A stretch of 62,946 bases of DNA, filler included, from Asterionella formosa (Eukaryota): the NCBI GenBank assembly GCA_002256025.1. It is 22 parts of 22 records of this genome, joined end to end, with 100 filler letters (N's around TTAATTAATTAA, not from the genome) between each part and the next. Parts side by side here need not be neighbours in the genome. Positions count along the whole stretch, not along the records: positions 11,497 to 14,269 come from NKIB01014849.1; positions 14,370 to 17,140 come from NKIB01014850.1; positions 17,241 to 20,009 come from NKIB01014851.1; positions 20,110 to 22,877 come from NKIB01014853.1; positions 22,978 to 25,745 come from NKIB01014854.1; 17 more parts are not named here. One strand, 5' to 3'. This document shows, piece after piece, positions 11,512-22,979 of this stretch (positions are counted from its first letter, which is position 1; each line of letters opens with the position of its first letter). Made by a program: the position numbers and the translations under genes. The notes under the pieces were generated by a model. The model ran no database searches and was not told the DNA's origin. It worked only from the letters and a program-made list of their open reading frames with translations.

Positions 11512-13804
11512 ATGAATGATTTAACTCCCCAGGTGAAACAGGCCATGTTGCATGATGGAAAACTGATTGATGTTGTATGTTTTGATTTCATGGCTCAGGT
11601 TAAGAATCTCTTGACAAATGACACAGTAATGTCACCACAAAATGTGTCATTTGATTTCGTCAATCTGTGTAAAGCACCACAACCCACCAGTGTCAGATCC
11701 GAATTTCACACTGGTACCTGGTGGATAGATGCCCATGAATATTTATGTTCTCAGCCAAATGACTTCCGTGTTCCACTCATGTTCTTTATTGAAAAGACAC
11801 ACACGGTTGAAAAAGGAAAGTACACAATGGAGCCTGTCCTAATGTCACTTAGTATATTTACTACCAATGTGAGAAATAAGGTCAATGCATGGAGGCCAAT
11901 CGGATTGATCCCAAAGCTGACCTCATCAAGTCTATCTGAAATCCAGTACCTAACACCTGATCAAAAGGAATCCGAGTATCACGCTGTCCTTGGTGTGATT
12001 CTTGAAGGGGTCAAGAATGTCCAACAAGCTGGTGGATTCAAACACATTTTCAATTTCGGAGGCAATCAATTTACACTTAATGTGGAAGTTCCGGTTTGTC
12101 TAATTCTCGGTGATGCTGAAGGTTTAGATGGACAATGCAGACGAAAGAAAACATATCTAAAGACTGCCAGAATGTGTCGTGAATGTGATTGTCCGTTTGA
12201 TCAAACGGACAATCCATCTCATGAATGCATTCCTGTAGGTCAGATTGATTACGAGGAACTATTAATCCGGGGCATAAAAGATTTATTGGATAATGTGAGC
12301 CAAAGATTCATCTATCCCTTTTGGTATCAGTTGTGTTTTGGTGGCAATCCTCTTGGTGTTAATGGGCACGTTCCTCCTGAAAAACTCCATTCCATTCAAG
12401 AAAGAATAATGGATCACCTCATGGAGCTATATTCTTATATGATCGGGCGTCCCAAAACAGTAAAGGGTAATTCCAATCAAAAACTGTTTGACCATTTCTT
12501 CAACAAAATATCTAAACTCTTCCTTCACCAGAGTGACCGAGACCTTCCTCTTTGTTCCTTCAATTTCGGCTTTCATGGTTGCAAAACGAAAATAACTGCT
12601 AACGAAAGAATCGGAGTGATGCTTATTGCCTGTGTTGTCATGGCATGTGATGCTGGAATCAAAATCTGCCGAGAAGAAAGTGGTATGACCAGTCAAGAAA
12701 TTCGAAACTTTCAAGGTCTATTCGAAGGGATGCTCTCTGCTACAATGCCTGGTTTAGTAAAGAGAGCTATGATGTGGTAAATTTACCACAGGAACACCAA
12801 AGCGTTATCAAATATTTTACTAAGCTGGTAAAAGAATGCCCGAGAACAACAACCTCTCAGGGATGGAAGCTTGCGAAGTTTCATCAACAGATGCATACTG
12901 TAAGAAACATTCATCGTTTCGGAAATCCACAGGTTTTGAATGGAGGCCCAATGGAAAAGAATCTTAAATTCTTGTGTAAATTACCAGCCAGGACTTCTCT
13001 GAAACGCAAAGATGTGATGGATATTCAAAGTGGGGCGAGAATGGTGGAGAACATGGTGATCGGAACCGCTTGTAGTCAGTTTCTTGGCGAAGATATTGGA
13101 GATTTACAATGCAAATTGGAAGCTGTCCCAGTTGACGTTGGAATTGTGAAATCCAAAACAGGAGGTACTCGATATTCTCTTCTGAGTGAAAATTTGAGAT
13201 TTCCAGGGTTTCATCATCATCAAGTAGCATCTGCAAAACTGGGGTTGACCGAGATCTGGTGCAAGTCCTAGGCGCCCAACTACTTCCTTTCATTTTGTCA
13301 ATGGAAATTGAAGTGATGTGTGACCACACTCGTAGTGACAACGTAATATTTCATGCCCACCCAAGCTACTGTGGTGGTCATTCCTGGTATGATTGGGCAG
13401 AGTTTGCTTGGTTAGATGGAGAAACAGGAGTTGAGTCAATTGTGCTTGGCCAGATCTACGGTTTTATTGAATTGGGATTGGGTCCGTCTTCGATCAATTT
13501 CACTGATCCAAGATTACCATCATCCTTGAGAAATCAAAGCCCCGGTGTCTTTGCAATTATTCACTCTTGTAAATATGCCTCAGAACCTGTGCACAAATAC
13601 TCAAGGTTGCTGTTAGGGGCTGATCTCAAATTGGATCGACATGGAAACAAAGGACTTTTGTTTGTTCCCGTGGATTGCATTCATTCTCCTGCTGTTGTTG
13701 TTCCTAATTTAGGAGCCACTCCAGGTAAGGTGATTCAAACAAGCCGCAGTCTGCCTGGGCATCCCTATTCCATTTTTGATTTGCTGGATGATGCGATTGC
13801 ATAA
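11512..13804 (+). mobile_element. Plavaka-type (EnSpm/CACTA-related) transposase pseudogene
   Basis: Motifs PLMFFIEKTH..EPVLMSLSIF..R...AWRPIGLIP, ILGDAEG, CRECDC, PPEKLH, KFHQQMH...IHRFG and FHAHPSY...WYDWA. Two frameshifts (~12740-12775, ~13265). Confidence 0.8.
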
Positions 13805-14369
13805 AGCAATCTATGAAAGAAATGTTAAGAAAAAATTTGTAATTAAAGATGTGGAAACGATTAATATTACTACAAAACCAACAAACAAGGGAAGTAAGGT
13901 AACATGCAATTATCAATTTTTATAGAGATCATTAAACTCCTTGATTCATTAGTAAGGTAGTAGGAGATGCCAAACATTCACTCATTTCCTCACAATGCAG
14001 ATTCATAGTCATAATCAATCACTTTGGACTGGTCCTCCTCATCTAACTTGGTATCCGATTTTTCACCACCAGTAGAGGTTTCACAACTAGTTGAGGACAC
14101 AGCAGAAGACGAGGTTTCAGAGGAGGATGGAGTTGTAGATTGAGAACGTAAAAGATTCTCGCCATCGGCAGGGACATGGATGAGAACTTTTCCTGGGATG
14201 GAAACATTCTCAGAGAGAATAGAATATTTTTGAAGGCCTTTTTTGGGCATCGTATTACCTTTTTCTTTTNNNNNNNNNNNNNNNNNNNNNNNNNNNNNNN
14301 NNNNNNNNNNNNNTTAATTAATTAANNNNNNNNNNNNNNNNNNNNNNNNNNNNNNNNNNNNNNNNNNNN

Positions 14370-14507
14370 CAGTTAAAACTTCACATGAAACCGTTAAAAG
14401 TAATCTTTTTTACGTGAAGAGTGGCATTAATGCATGTGAAGTACCACATAATTAACACTCATACGTAGACGAAATTTCGAAAAGTGGCGTATTTTGCGGC
14501 TTAGATG
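14370..14507 (-). mobile_element. Terminus A of an unclassified TIR element (CATCTAAGCCGC family)
   Basis: Reverse complement is nearly identical to 22627-22764, and homology stops exactly at CATCTAAG. Confidence 0.85.
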
Positions 14508-15783
14508 TACCCCACCCGGTATGCTAAAACACAGTTTAGAAACTAAAATGAAAGGAACTGCTGGCTGGGCATGAGAGATTTCCTGCTTAAACATTTTGAT
14601 ACACATCACTGCTGGTCAGTATGCAGGCCTAAATGATTCACATGTATTGCTATTGTTGTCATTGAGGTCACATTGTTGTACCACAGTCTGCATCGCCTGA
14701 TTGCTGTTATTAGTCGAATTCTGTTAGTCAGCAAGAGGAATGGTATTTTTTTGATCAATGCATCCATTACTTCCATCAGATCTTCGTTTGGGTTGTTGTA
14801 GTATGGTGGTTCTGGCTGTGGTCATCAGCACATCTTCCTCCTTGGAAGTTGATCATCAGTTTTTCGAATCAGAGATAAATCGCCAAACATAGAAACTGAT
14901 GGCTGCATTGTTAGATTCATTCATACTGCTACTAGTCCTATCACTGGGAAGCGACGACCTTTTGTCCATGCATGGTGGAGAGGAATACCCTTTCTACCAG
15001 CACACTACATAAGAAATCCTGTAGGTATGTAGTTTTTTTTTTAATATATGTACTTCGGCCTTAGTATGCTGTTACGATTTCCACAACGGTGAAACTATGA
15101 AAAGCTTGTATTGGATGATTTTCTCATGACAAATAAAGGAAAACCTTGAATTTGACTGATACCCGGAGTTGTTTTCACCTTGTAGGTATTGGACTGGACA
15201 TTAGGACAATTCGCCAATGAATGTGAATCTTGTATTGAAAAAATCAAATGGCTGATACCGGTACCTGGATTTGGAGCACGAAAACCGGTTGAAAAGAACG
15301 TACCAAAATTGTCAACGAAGCAGTACCGGTATACCGGTGCCACGTACTTTCGTTTCCTTTCTGGGTTCGTGATTCAAAGGGTGCCGCGACTAAACTTTCG
15401 TTGACGATAATTTCAAAGATTGGACAATCAAGAATATTGATGTGTACACTATATTCGAACATGAGTATGTTATTGTTATGGGAATACATACCTACCGGTA
15501 AATTATGACATACTGACAAGTTACAATACCGTGTATACCGGTAGCCTTTTTATGCTCGAAGATTCGCAATTCGAGATTCGAACTTTCGTACATCCGGGTA
15601 GTATGCACGTGGACTGTAGTAAATTTCCGAACTTCTGTACCTATGCCCATGTTGTCGGTCGACGATGCAAGAATTGTCACGACTTAACTTTCAACAACAT
15701 TGTTCGTTGACAGTGGTTTGCGAGGTACACACATATCTCTATTTTCTTTTTTATCATATTCATTCAATTCAAGCGACAAGAAC

Positions 15784-16944
15784 ATGGACGTTAGTGCTGC
15801 AGAACTTCCGATTGGAATTGCTCAAGCAGAACTTCGTGATGAGCCCACGATTGTCTACTCTCCTGATTCCCCCACTGTTGCGAGCTATCCTATAGCGCTT
15901 GCTTTGCCTTTCAAAGAAGTCACATTAGTTCCGCCGTCCTCTACCGATACAGAGGCACCTCCAGAAGCCGCTGTGCTCTCCGTAGAGGAGCCAGCAGGAT
16001 ATTCAACTCAACCGAACTTCTCCGAGTCTACTCCTTCCGACTGGAACGAAATTGATACTCCGGATCCGTTGACTCAACTAGATAATGAAAACAAGAATTG
16101 TTCCATTGTTCGAAACACAAATTTCCTCGTGAGTGCCTTGCTCAGTATTGTCTTGTTGGTGGTGTTCGTTTCGAGTGTCATAAAACTAAAGCAGCAAGGC
16201 CCTGATATGCAAGGTAGCGATTATGTTTACAGCTGGAATGTTCTTGAGCGTGGCATAATGCCATTTCGTCGATACGGAAAACGGAGCAAACCTGGTTGGG
16301 CCACAGATCCGAAGGATTGTGTACAGCGTTGCGTATCGGAAAATTCTCAAAACCAAGCAATTGTATGGCTCAACGTGTCAAAACTTCGAACCTTCATCAA
16401 TATTGGAAATTGTTTTTGTCAAAATACAAGTACCTGCGTTTACAATTCCAGTTACGTTGTTCCTGGAATAGGCATGTCTGTCAAGCCGCTCCCAAGAAAA
16501 TGTGAAAGTTACGAAATCAAAGTGAAGGACTACTACGATTTCAGTGGTGCAAATCCCGAAACATTCGAAGGAACGGTTCATAGATTTGACAAACATTATG
16601 TTTACATTTCGTATCCAACCCCTGGAACTTATTATTCATATCCACATGTCTTCGGCAACCTTTCGAGCTCTGATTTTGCGTTCCTTCAAGCGTATGAACT
16701 TTCCCAATTCAAAGTCTCAACAACTGTCTTGCCTATTCCCAACTCCTACCTATATGCTGACTTTGGTTTGACACTCAACGTTTCGCTTTCTGTGGAGGTT
16801 CCAGGAGTAGAAGCTGTGATTGAGTTAACCTCATTGAAAGAAGACCTCTCGTATCTTCATCCTTTTGTCGCTCCTAATTTTGCGCCTCTTATCGCTCCTA
16901 ATTTGGCGCCTACTTATTTCAATTCCTCTGTTCCCATCGGATAG
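15784..16944 (+). CDS. Putative type II membrane protein: acidic/Pro-rich N-terminus, one TM helix, Cys-containing ectodomain
   Basis: 386-aa ORF from ATG 15784 with TM segment FLVSALLSIVLLVVFVSSVI, Cys cluster DCVQRC..NCFCQNTSTC and several N-x-S/T sites. Confidence 0.7.
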   Translation: MDVSAAELPIGIAQAELRDEPTIVYSPDSPTVASYPIALALPFKEVTLVPPSSTDTEAPPEAAVLSVEEPAGYSTQPNFSESTPSDWNEIDTPDPLTQLDNENKNCSIVRNTNFLVSALLSIVLLVVFVSSVIKLKQQGPDMQGSDYVYSWNVLERGIMPFRRYGKRSKPGWATDPKDCVQRCVSENSQNQAIVWLNVSKLRTFINIGNCFCQNTSTCVYNSSYVVPGIGMSVKPLPRKCESYEIKVKDYYDFSGANPETFEGTVHRFDKHYVYISYPTPGTYYSYPHVFGNLSSSDFAFLQAYELSQFKVSTTVLPIPNSYLYADFGLTLNVSLSVEVPGVEAVIELTSLKEDLSYLHPFVAPNFAPLIAPNLAPTYFNSSVPIG

Positions 16945-17140
16945 CCAAATCTCGCCTATTGCTCAAACTGTTATCAAACCTGCTGACCAACCTGTTTATG
17001 CTCCTTAATCAGCCCCTATTCATTTCACTCCCTCTGCTCCCATTGGATATCTAATCACGCGTTTTGCTCAACCAATTAACCATCCTGCTGACCAACCTGT
17101 TTATGCTCCTTAGTCGGCCCCTATTGATTTCACTCCCTCT
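16900..17140 (+). repeat. 105-bp tandem repeat (Pro-rich, in frame) running through and beyond the stop codon
   Basis: cctgctgaccaacctgtttatgctcctta occurs at 16979 and 17084 (period 105 = 35 codons). Confidence 0.8.
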
Positions 17141-17240
17141 NNNNNNNNNNNNNNNNNNNNNNNNNNNNNNNNNNNNNNNNNNNNTTAATTAATTAANNNN
17201 NNNNNNNNNNNNNNNNNNNNNNNNNNNNNNNNNNNNNNNN

Positions 17241-18856
17241 CTAACCATTTTTCCTGCTTTTACAGGGCACCATGTTTCAGAGCAGTAGTCGTGGCAGCCA
17301 AATAAATGATTGATTGGTGCCTTGGAGGAAATACTAAATTCGGCCAGAGAGAGGTTCCGGTTTTTTTTAATCCAAGCGCCATAGTAAACTTTCAACCGGA
17401 GACAATCTGCTTTTGAGGGACGCTCGAGGGAGACTGGGCCATTGGATTTCATAAAAGCTGGGCGGAGAAGGACCCGTACTCTGTGGGATGGGTCAGACAG
17501 AAATGTAGGTTCGGGTACAGTCAGTGGAAGGCATCCTTTGTCCGATTTGTTTAATCCTTTCAATGTTCTTGTCCATTGGAAGGATGGCTGTAGTTTCAAT
17601 AACTCCTTTTAGGACCACTTAGAAACAGCTCGAATAGTAGAATCATCATCACAGATGATTGTAGAGTAGATAACATTGTTTTTCATTACTGCATCAATCA
17701 TCATTTCTACACCAGCATCTGGTTCCATTGCTTTCGAACTACCAGTTACATGATTCTTGGGACAAACATGTTCCTTGATTGGTTTCTTGTACCGTATAGC
17801 CCTGTCGCACACATTACAGACCTTAGATTTCACTCTGTAGTCTAGTATCTTTTTCGTGTAGCCGCCAATACAAAAAGCATGTCCACTTACAGAGTTGTAC
17901 TTATTCCCGCTGGAACGCTGCTGCCAGCCCATATCGTAACTAACAGTGAGTCGAGGCATATTCAGTACAGACAAGCGATCCGTTCCAGTCAGACTGTTCC
18001 ACCACTGAAAATCACGTCCTTTGTCAGCCCAGTCTCCTCGTTCATGCACATTGAGTGTCAGATATATTTCCTCCTGACACGCCTCTTTCATTGCAAGAGC
18101 GGTTGCAGTAACCTCAGCGTTTCCTACCAGTTCCTCCGCTGCACCAAAGTTACCTTGCGTAGACCAAAATCCAAAGGTAAGTGGAAGATTCATTGCAGAG
18201 CAGATGATATCTGCATCTGCTGGTCCCATTCCGGCTTCGTGACAACCCAAAATAAACTGTTTGTTGATAGAAAAGTGTTTTGCTTCTATTGCGTTATTTC
18301 TTATCTCATCATTTCTGTCTCCATTGCTGTTGCTTCTTGCAGGTTCGAGTTTAGAAATCAGTTTCTGACAGGTCAAACAAGAGACTTTGAATTCGCTTGC
18401 CAAGCCGTAATTTTTGGTAGAGACAACAATCAACGGTTGTTTCATTGTTGAAATCGGAAAGTCAAACACATCCTGCTCCAGAAATGATTCACATTGCTGT
18501 TCAATGGACAGCTTTTGTTATCTATTTGATGTAAAGTAAGTTACAAAGTCACGAAGTGATTGTTTGCAATATTCTTTTACAAATTTATTTACACAACTTT
18601 TGCAATACATATCTTCCTGCAGAAATTTCGACAATGTAATAAAGTCGATTATATGATTCATGTTCAGTTGAGAGCAGTTTGTTTTAATTGGTGACAATGT
18701 GATTGCTAGTACAATTGGTGAAGTGGTTGTTGTATGGGGACAAAAAGGCATATTAGAGGTCCACCAATTTTGATTTTCATTGGATGCTATATTTCGTCCT
18801 CCTTGACCACCAACACCAATTTCGGAAATGAGACGGCTACCACTGGAACGTGGCAC
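17241..18856 (-). mobile_element. Kolobok DDE transposase (annotated in Pfam as Mutator-like), pseudogenised
   Basis: LTVSYDMGWQQRSSG..YNSVSGH, KILDYRVKSKVCNVC, HVCPKNHVTGSSKAME, IICDDDST, DPSHR and HLFGCHDYCSETWC lie in one frame with two nonsense codons (18518, 17609). Confidence 0.85.
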
Positions 18857-19038
18857 GATTTTGTCTCATAATAGTTGGTGTTGCTGTTTTTTATGGCTGG
18901 TTGATTCGTTAGATTGTGTAAAAATAAAAATATATTTGCCATTCATCCAACCTCATTTCTAGAAGGTTTTGAAACATTGTATGTAGGTGGATTGAAGTTC
19001 TTGATTTACTAATGAAATAAATGAAAATCGTAAAAACA

Positions 19039-19536
19039 CTAATCACTAATAGATTTAGAACATTTAGAACGTTTGGAAGTTGGTTTGAAACCAGTGTACA
19101 TTTCGTTTGGGTCCTTGTTCTTCAAAAGAGATCAAACCCCCTTCAAATAACAGTCAGGAAGTTGCATCCGAACACCTTTTCCCAATGGACCACTGAAAAC
19201 TCTGATTAGAAACTTGTACAGAAGATTGCGGGCTCTTGATGCCATAATGTCTTCATCCTTCAACCTGGTAAGAATGGATTCACCTTCCAGAAACTTCTCC
19301 ACCAACTCTTCGACTTCATCCCATTGGCACTGACATTCAGGGCAGCAAAAATCGCAGCATTCGCAGAAGATGCAATCCTCACATCCCTCCACATACGACT
19401 CTACAATCAACCGGTATTGGCAGGTAGGACAACTATCATGACTGTAGTTAAATTTTTCATTACCATTGTCATCATTTTGATGTGTAATTTTGCTCATGGT
19501 TGATTGTTGCTTTTTTTGTTTCTTACTGGTAGTCAT
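19039..19536 (-). pseudogene. KolX-like accessory protein (P2X7 cytoplasmic ballast-like domain) of the Kolobok element
   Basis: Cys-rich region (CPTC..CEDCIFCECCDFCCPECQC), then RNLLYKFLIRVFSGPLGKGVRMQLPDCYLKGV*SLLKNKDPNEMYTGFKP. The TGA at 19132 is probably a mutated CGA. Confidence 0.75.
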
Positions 19537-19619
19537 CAACAATATTTGCCATTCTGCCAGCTTGTCTGACTCATATATGTTGATTGTATGATAGGGTATA
19601 TAAACATTGAGCGGCGGAG

Positions 19620-19809
19620 AATGTTTATGTACATATTTATTGAATTCGAAAATGAATCTATGTATGTACGCGCAAATTTCCAGTGATTCAAATATTTCAT
19701 ATGGAATCACGTCATTCAAAATTAACTTATAAAAATTCTTAGTTCCAGGGAATTTCGGCAACCCTAAGCAATATTTTAATTTTAGCCTGGGGGTTCAAAT
19801 GCAGGAACC
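19620..19809 (-). mobile_element. Kolobok 5' terminus, TIR GGTTCCTGCATTTGAACCCC, flanked by TTAA
   Basis: ...ggggttcaaatgcaggaacc|TTAA at 19809/19810. It is an inverted match to the terminus at 60897. Confidence 0.85.
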
Positions 19810-20109
19810 TTAATCTAAACATTGTTTTATTCTTTAGTGAAAATATTCAAATAATTCATAATTCAAAATTCATTTGCAATTGTAGAGTGATATTCTGTTT
19901 TAGTCGGAGAATTTCTATTTTCGTTTCCTATGTCTAGGTCCCAGGTACTTTGAATTCAAGAAGCAAGTACAGCGTGGTGTATGCTTTTGATCGATATTTT
20001 TGGAATTCANNNNNNNNNNNNNNNNNNNNNNNNNNNNNNNNNNNNNNNNNNNNTTAATTAATTAANNNNNNNNNNNNNNNNNNNNNNNNNNNNNNNNNNN
20101 NNNNNNNNN

Positions 20110-21425
20110 CTCGTTTCATCACGTTTACAAATCAAAAATCCGTTGTTGTTTCTGATCGTCATCTTATCATCGTCAAACATAACTTTATTTCCCTTGTCAA
20201 TAATTCTCGAAATACTGATAATGTTCTGCTTGAACTCCGGTGCATAGAGCACATTGGTGAGTTTCAACACTTTTCCTTTGTCTGTCGTCGTAAGGGTCAC
20301 CGTGCCTGATACGGTCGCAACAATTGCTGCGCCGTTTCCCACAAGAACAGTTTCACGCACTGCGCGCTTGTCCTCCATGATGCGCTCATCATTGCATATA
20401 TGTACCGTAGCGCCACTATCTAGTAGCCAACGGTCCTTATGCACGCACGTATAATTTACCTCTTCATTGTACCTTGCCTCAATACACGTCACCACGAACA
20501 TTCCTTGCGTAGTAGTGTTGGCGTCTTCTCCCTTCTGTTTGATTGGTGCATTTTGTTGATTGTTGCACTCACTGGCGTAGTGCCCCATCTTCTGGCAATT
20601 ATAACACTTCACATTCTTTCTCTTATTTCGTTGCTCGGGAGTTAATTCTCTCTTTTCTGTAGTATTGCCCTTGCTTCGGCAATCAACTGCCTTGTGGCCA
20701 TACTTGCCACACTTCCTGCAGTCTCCCTTGAACTTGCTTTTTGAAAAGAAGGCCTGCTCGCCATTCTTATTCGTCTTGGTTTCGTCACACACATACAAAT
20801 CGTAATAGTCGCATACATTCTTCTTGACCTCTTGGATCGTGAGCTCGGAGTTCGCGAGACCAAATTTTCCAACCACCAAACTCTTGTAGACTTCCGGTAG
20901 GTTGTTGATAACATGGGCCACATAGGCACCATCCGAAATTGCGGAGCTCGTAAGACTCAATCGTTCTCTAATTCTATCCAACTCCACAAACCAAATGTCG
21001 GGGTTCTCATTCTCGTTAATCGTGCATTTTGTCCACTGACCTGACAAGGCAATCACATTTGCCATATTACTTGACTCGTACGTAGACACTAACTTGTCCC
21101 ACGCTTCCTTCGCATTTCCATTGGGGAACTCTTCACTTCTGGCACCATTTACGTATCCAAATGGTCCACTCTGACATGCCATAATTAAACTTGCATAAGC
21201 AACCGTATTATTTCGTTTCGCACGCTTCTCATCGTTGTCACTCGGAACAATCTTCACTCCAGCTGAATCTCTCTCACCTGGTGATACTTCATCTCCACTT
21301 AGGATTCCTTCAAAACCTTTGTAGCAGGCATAGGCCACAAACTTCGCTTTCCAAACATGCCACTTGGCCTCGGTACCATCAAATGTTGGCAACCGCACTC
21401 CTGACGATTCGTCGTCAATTCCCAT
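20110..21425 (-). mobile_element. Ty1/copia gag-protease ORF (open up to the contig end)
   Basis: FDG...WK.KF gag start, two CX2CX4HX4C knuckles (CRKCGKYGHKAVDC, CYNCQKMGHYASEC), WLLDSGAT protease, VLYAP...NIISIS. Confidence 0.93.
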
Positions 21426-21460
21426 CTTGAGTACCCTTTCAAACCCATCGCTTTAAAGCG

Positions 21461-21880
21461 TGTTGAAATGGTCCGTACTCCTTCCCGCGGGTTGGGTCTC
21501 TCTTCACGTAGACTCTTACGTGATCGTAGTACTACCTAGTACCACTCACTTTCTCTCTTGTCTCTGCTTCTAGCCTTCCTGCTAGATAGAATAATTGACC
21601 TTCCTGTCAATTAACACACTGTTTCCTCGGTTGATAATCTAAAACTCAAATTAAATTATAAGCTAAACTAAATGTTTCCTTTCCATGCATCTTTGCTTCC
21701 TGCAAAGTCATTCTAAGACTCTCTTCGAGTTTCCACTTGACATTTCCTTAGAAATCTTCAATCTCTGATCTCGTTAGACAGCTGATTGACGTGGCAATGC
21801 AATATTCGACTCGTTCGATTACAATCCCCCCCCTACAATCGAGTCCACAATCCTTGTGACTCGGGCTAATATTTTTGATA
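21461..21880 (-). mobile_element. 5' LTR of the copia element
   Basis: Reverse complement matches the solo LTR at 24278-24683. It ends ...TTTCAACA 35 nt upstream of the gag ATG. Confidence 0.9.
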
Positions 21881-22129
21881 ATTGACAACGTCTGAACACA
21901 TGCAATAGAGTGACTTCATTTATAAAGAGCCTTAGGACTACTCAATTTTTAATAGGGCAGCCATCCTGGTGCTTCCTTGCGCGTGTAATCAGCCTAGGTT
22001 TTTAGAAAAAATATACCAACCCAGTATCAGCCCAGCAAATGTGGTGGCCATGGGAGCTGGAACGCTGGGAATTGGTGTGTGGAAACAATAACTGGAGTGG
22101 GAGTTGGTCTAAATGATCTGGTGGTCGAT

Positions 22130-22620
22130 CTTGCCTGCAATCTGCTGTTTTTAATCTTTCCCTTGCCGATTGGCTGAAAAAAGTGGAAATCTTGGATTGA
22201 GTTTTTGGGACAGACATGGGGAGTCATGTTACCTAGATAACATGTGTCTCCTCCACTTGGGAATGCTTGTAAAAACCTTTGAATGAATTGTTGACCTACA
22301 TTGGCCAAGGCTGCTGATTTGTCAAACAGGAAATCCGCTTTTCTAAAAACCTGCGCTTTGTGCCCAGTCTTGCTTTAAGCGTACAAATAAATTCACTTAT
22401 ATAGCGCCTTAAGACTATATGTTTGTAGAAGCAACTCGTAAATATCAACATCATATTCTGCTTGCACTATTTGCGCATTTGAGACCTGATGGAGAATTTT
22501 GTTCCTTTCATCCCATCATGCTTTGTTTGCAAGTACCTAGTATATTTGCGTAATTCCTGTGGATGTCCAGGTGTGCGTCATATCATTGCTGATTTCCTCG
22601 GACTCTTCCAGAATCACCGA
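22130..22620 (-). mobile_element. Possible degenerate 3' end of a non-LTR retrotransposon ORF2
   Basis: Minus-strand fragments W..RNKILH and QSKISTFF...RPPD resemble C-termini of diatom LINE ORF2. Many stops; recognised by eye only. Confidence 0.3.
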
Positions 22621-22626
22621 ACCCCA

Positions 22627-22877
22627 CATCTAAGCCGCGAAATACGCCACTTTTCGAAATTTCGTCTACGTATGAGTGTTAATTATGTGGTACTTCACAT
22701 GCATTAATGCCACTCTTCACGTAAAAAAGATTACTTTTAACGGTTTCATGTGAAGTTTTAACTGCTTCATGTGAAGTTTTCACAATGAATTTTGAACGCG
22801 AGACTGAATTAGTTGATGTTTCAAATAATTCATTTGACTTTTTGAAATTTCGTCTACGTACGAGTGTTAATTATGTG
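22627..22877 (+). mobile_element. Terminus A of the CATCTAAGCCGC TIR family
   Basis: Starts CATCTAAGCCGCGAAATACG, with subterminal TTCAC(A/G)T and (A/C)(C/T)GTGAA motifs. Confidence 0.85.
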
Positions 22878-22979
22878 NNNNNNNNNNNNNNNNNNNNNNN
22901 NNNNNNNNNNNNNNNNNNNNNTTAATTAATTAANNNNNNNNNNNNNNNNNNNNNNNNNNNNNNNNNNNNNNNNNNNNGT

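Noticed and set aside
17879..18451. 190-aa plus-strand ORF
   Set aside because: Antisense shadow of the Kolobok transposase. The same applies to the shadow ORFs at 36593-37260, 12427-12714 and 52132-52347.
17241..18856. Assignment as a true Mutator (MULE) element
   Set aside because: TTAA flanks, short GG-initiated TIRs and a KolX-like gene point to Kolobok, despite the Mutator-like domain label.
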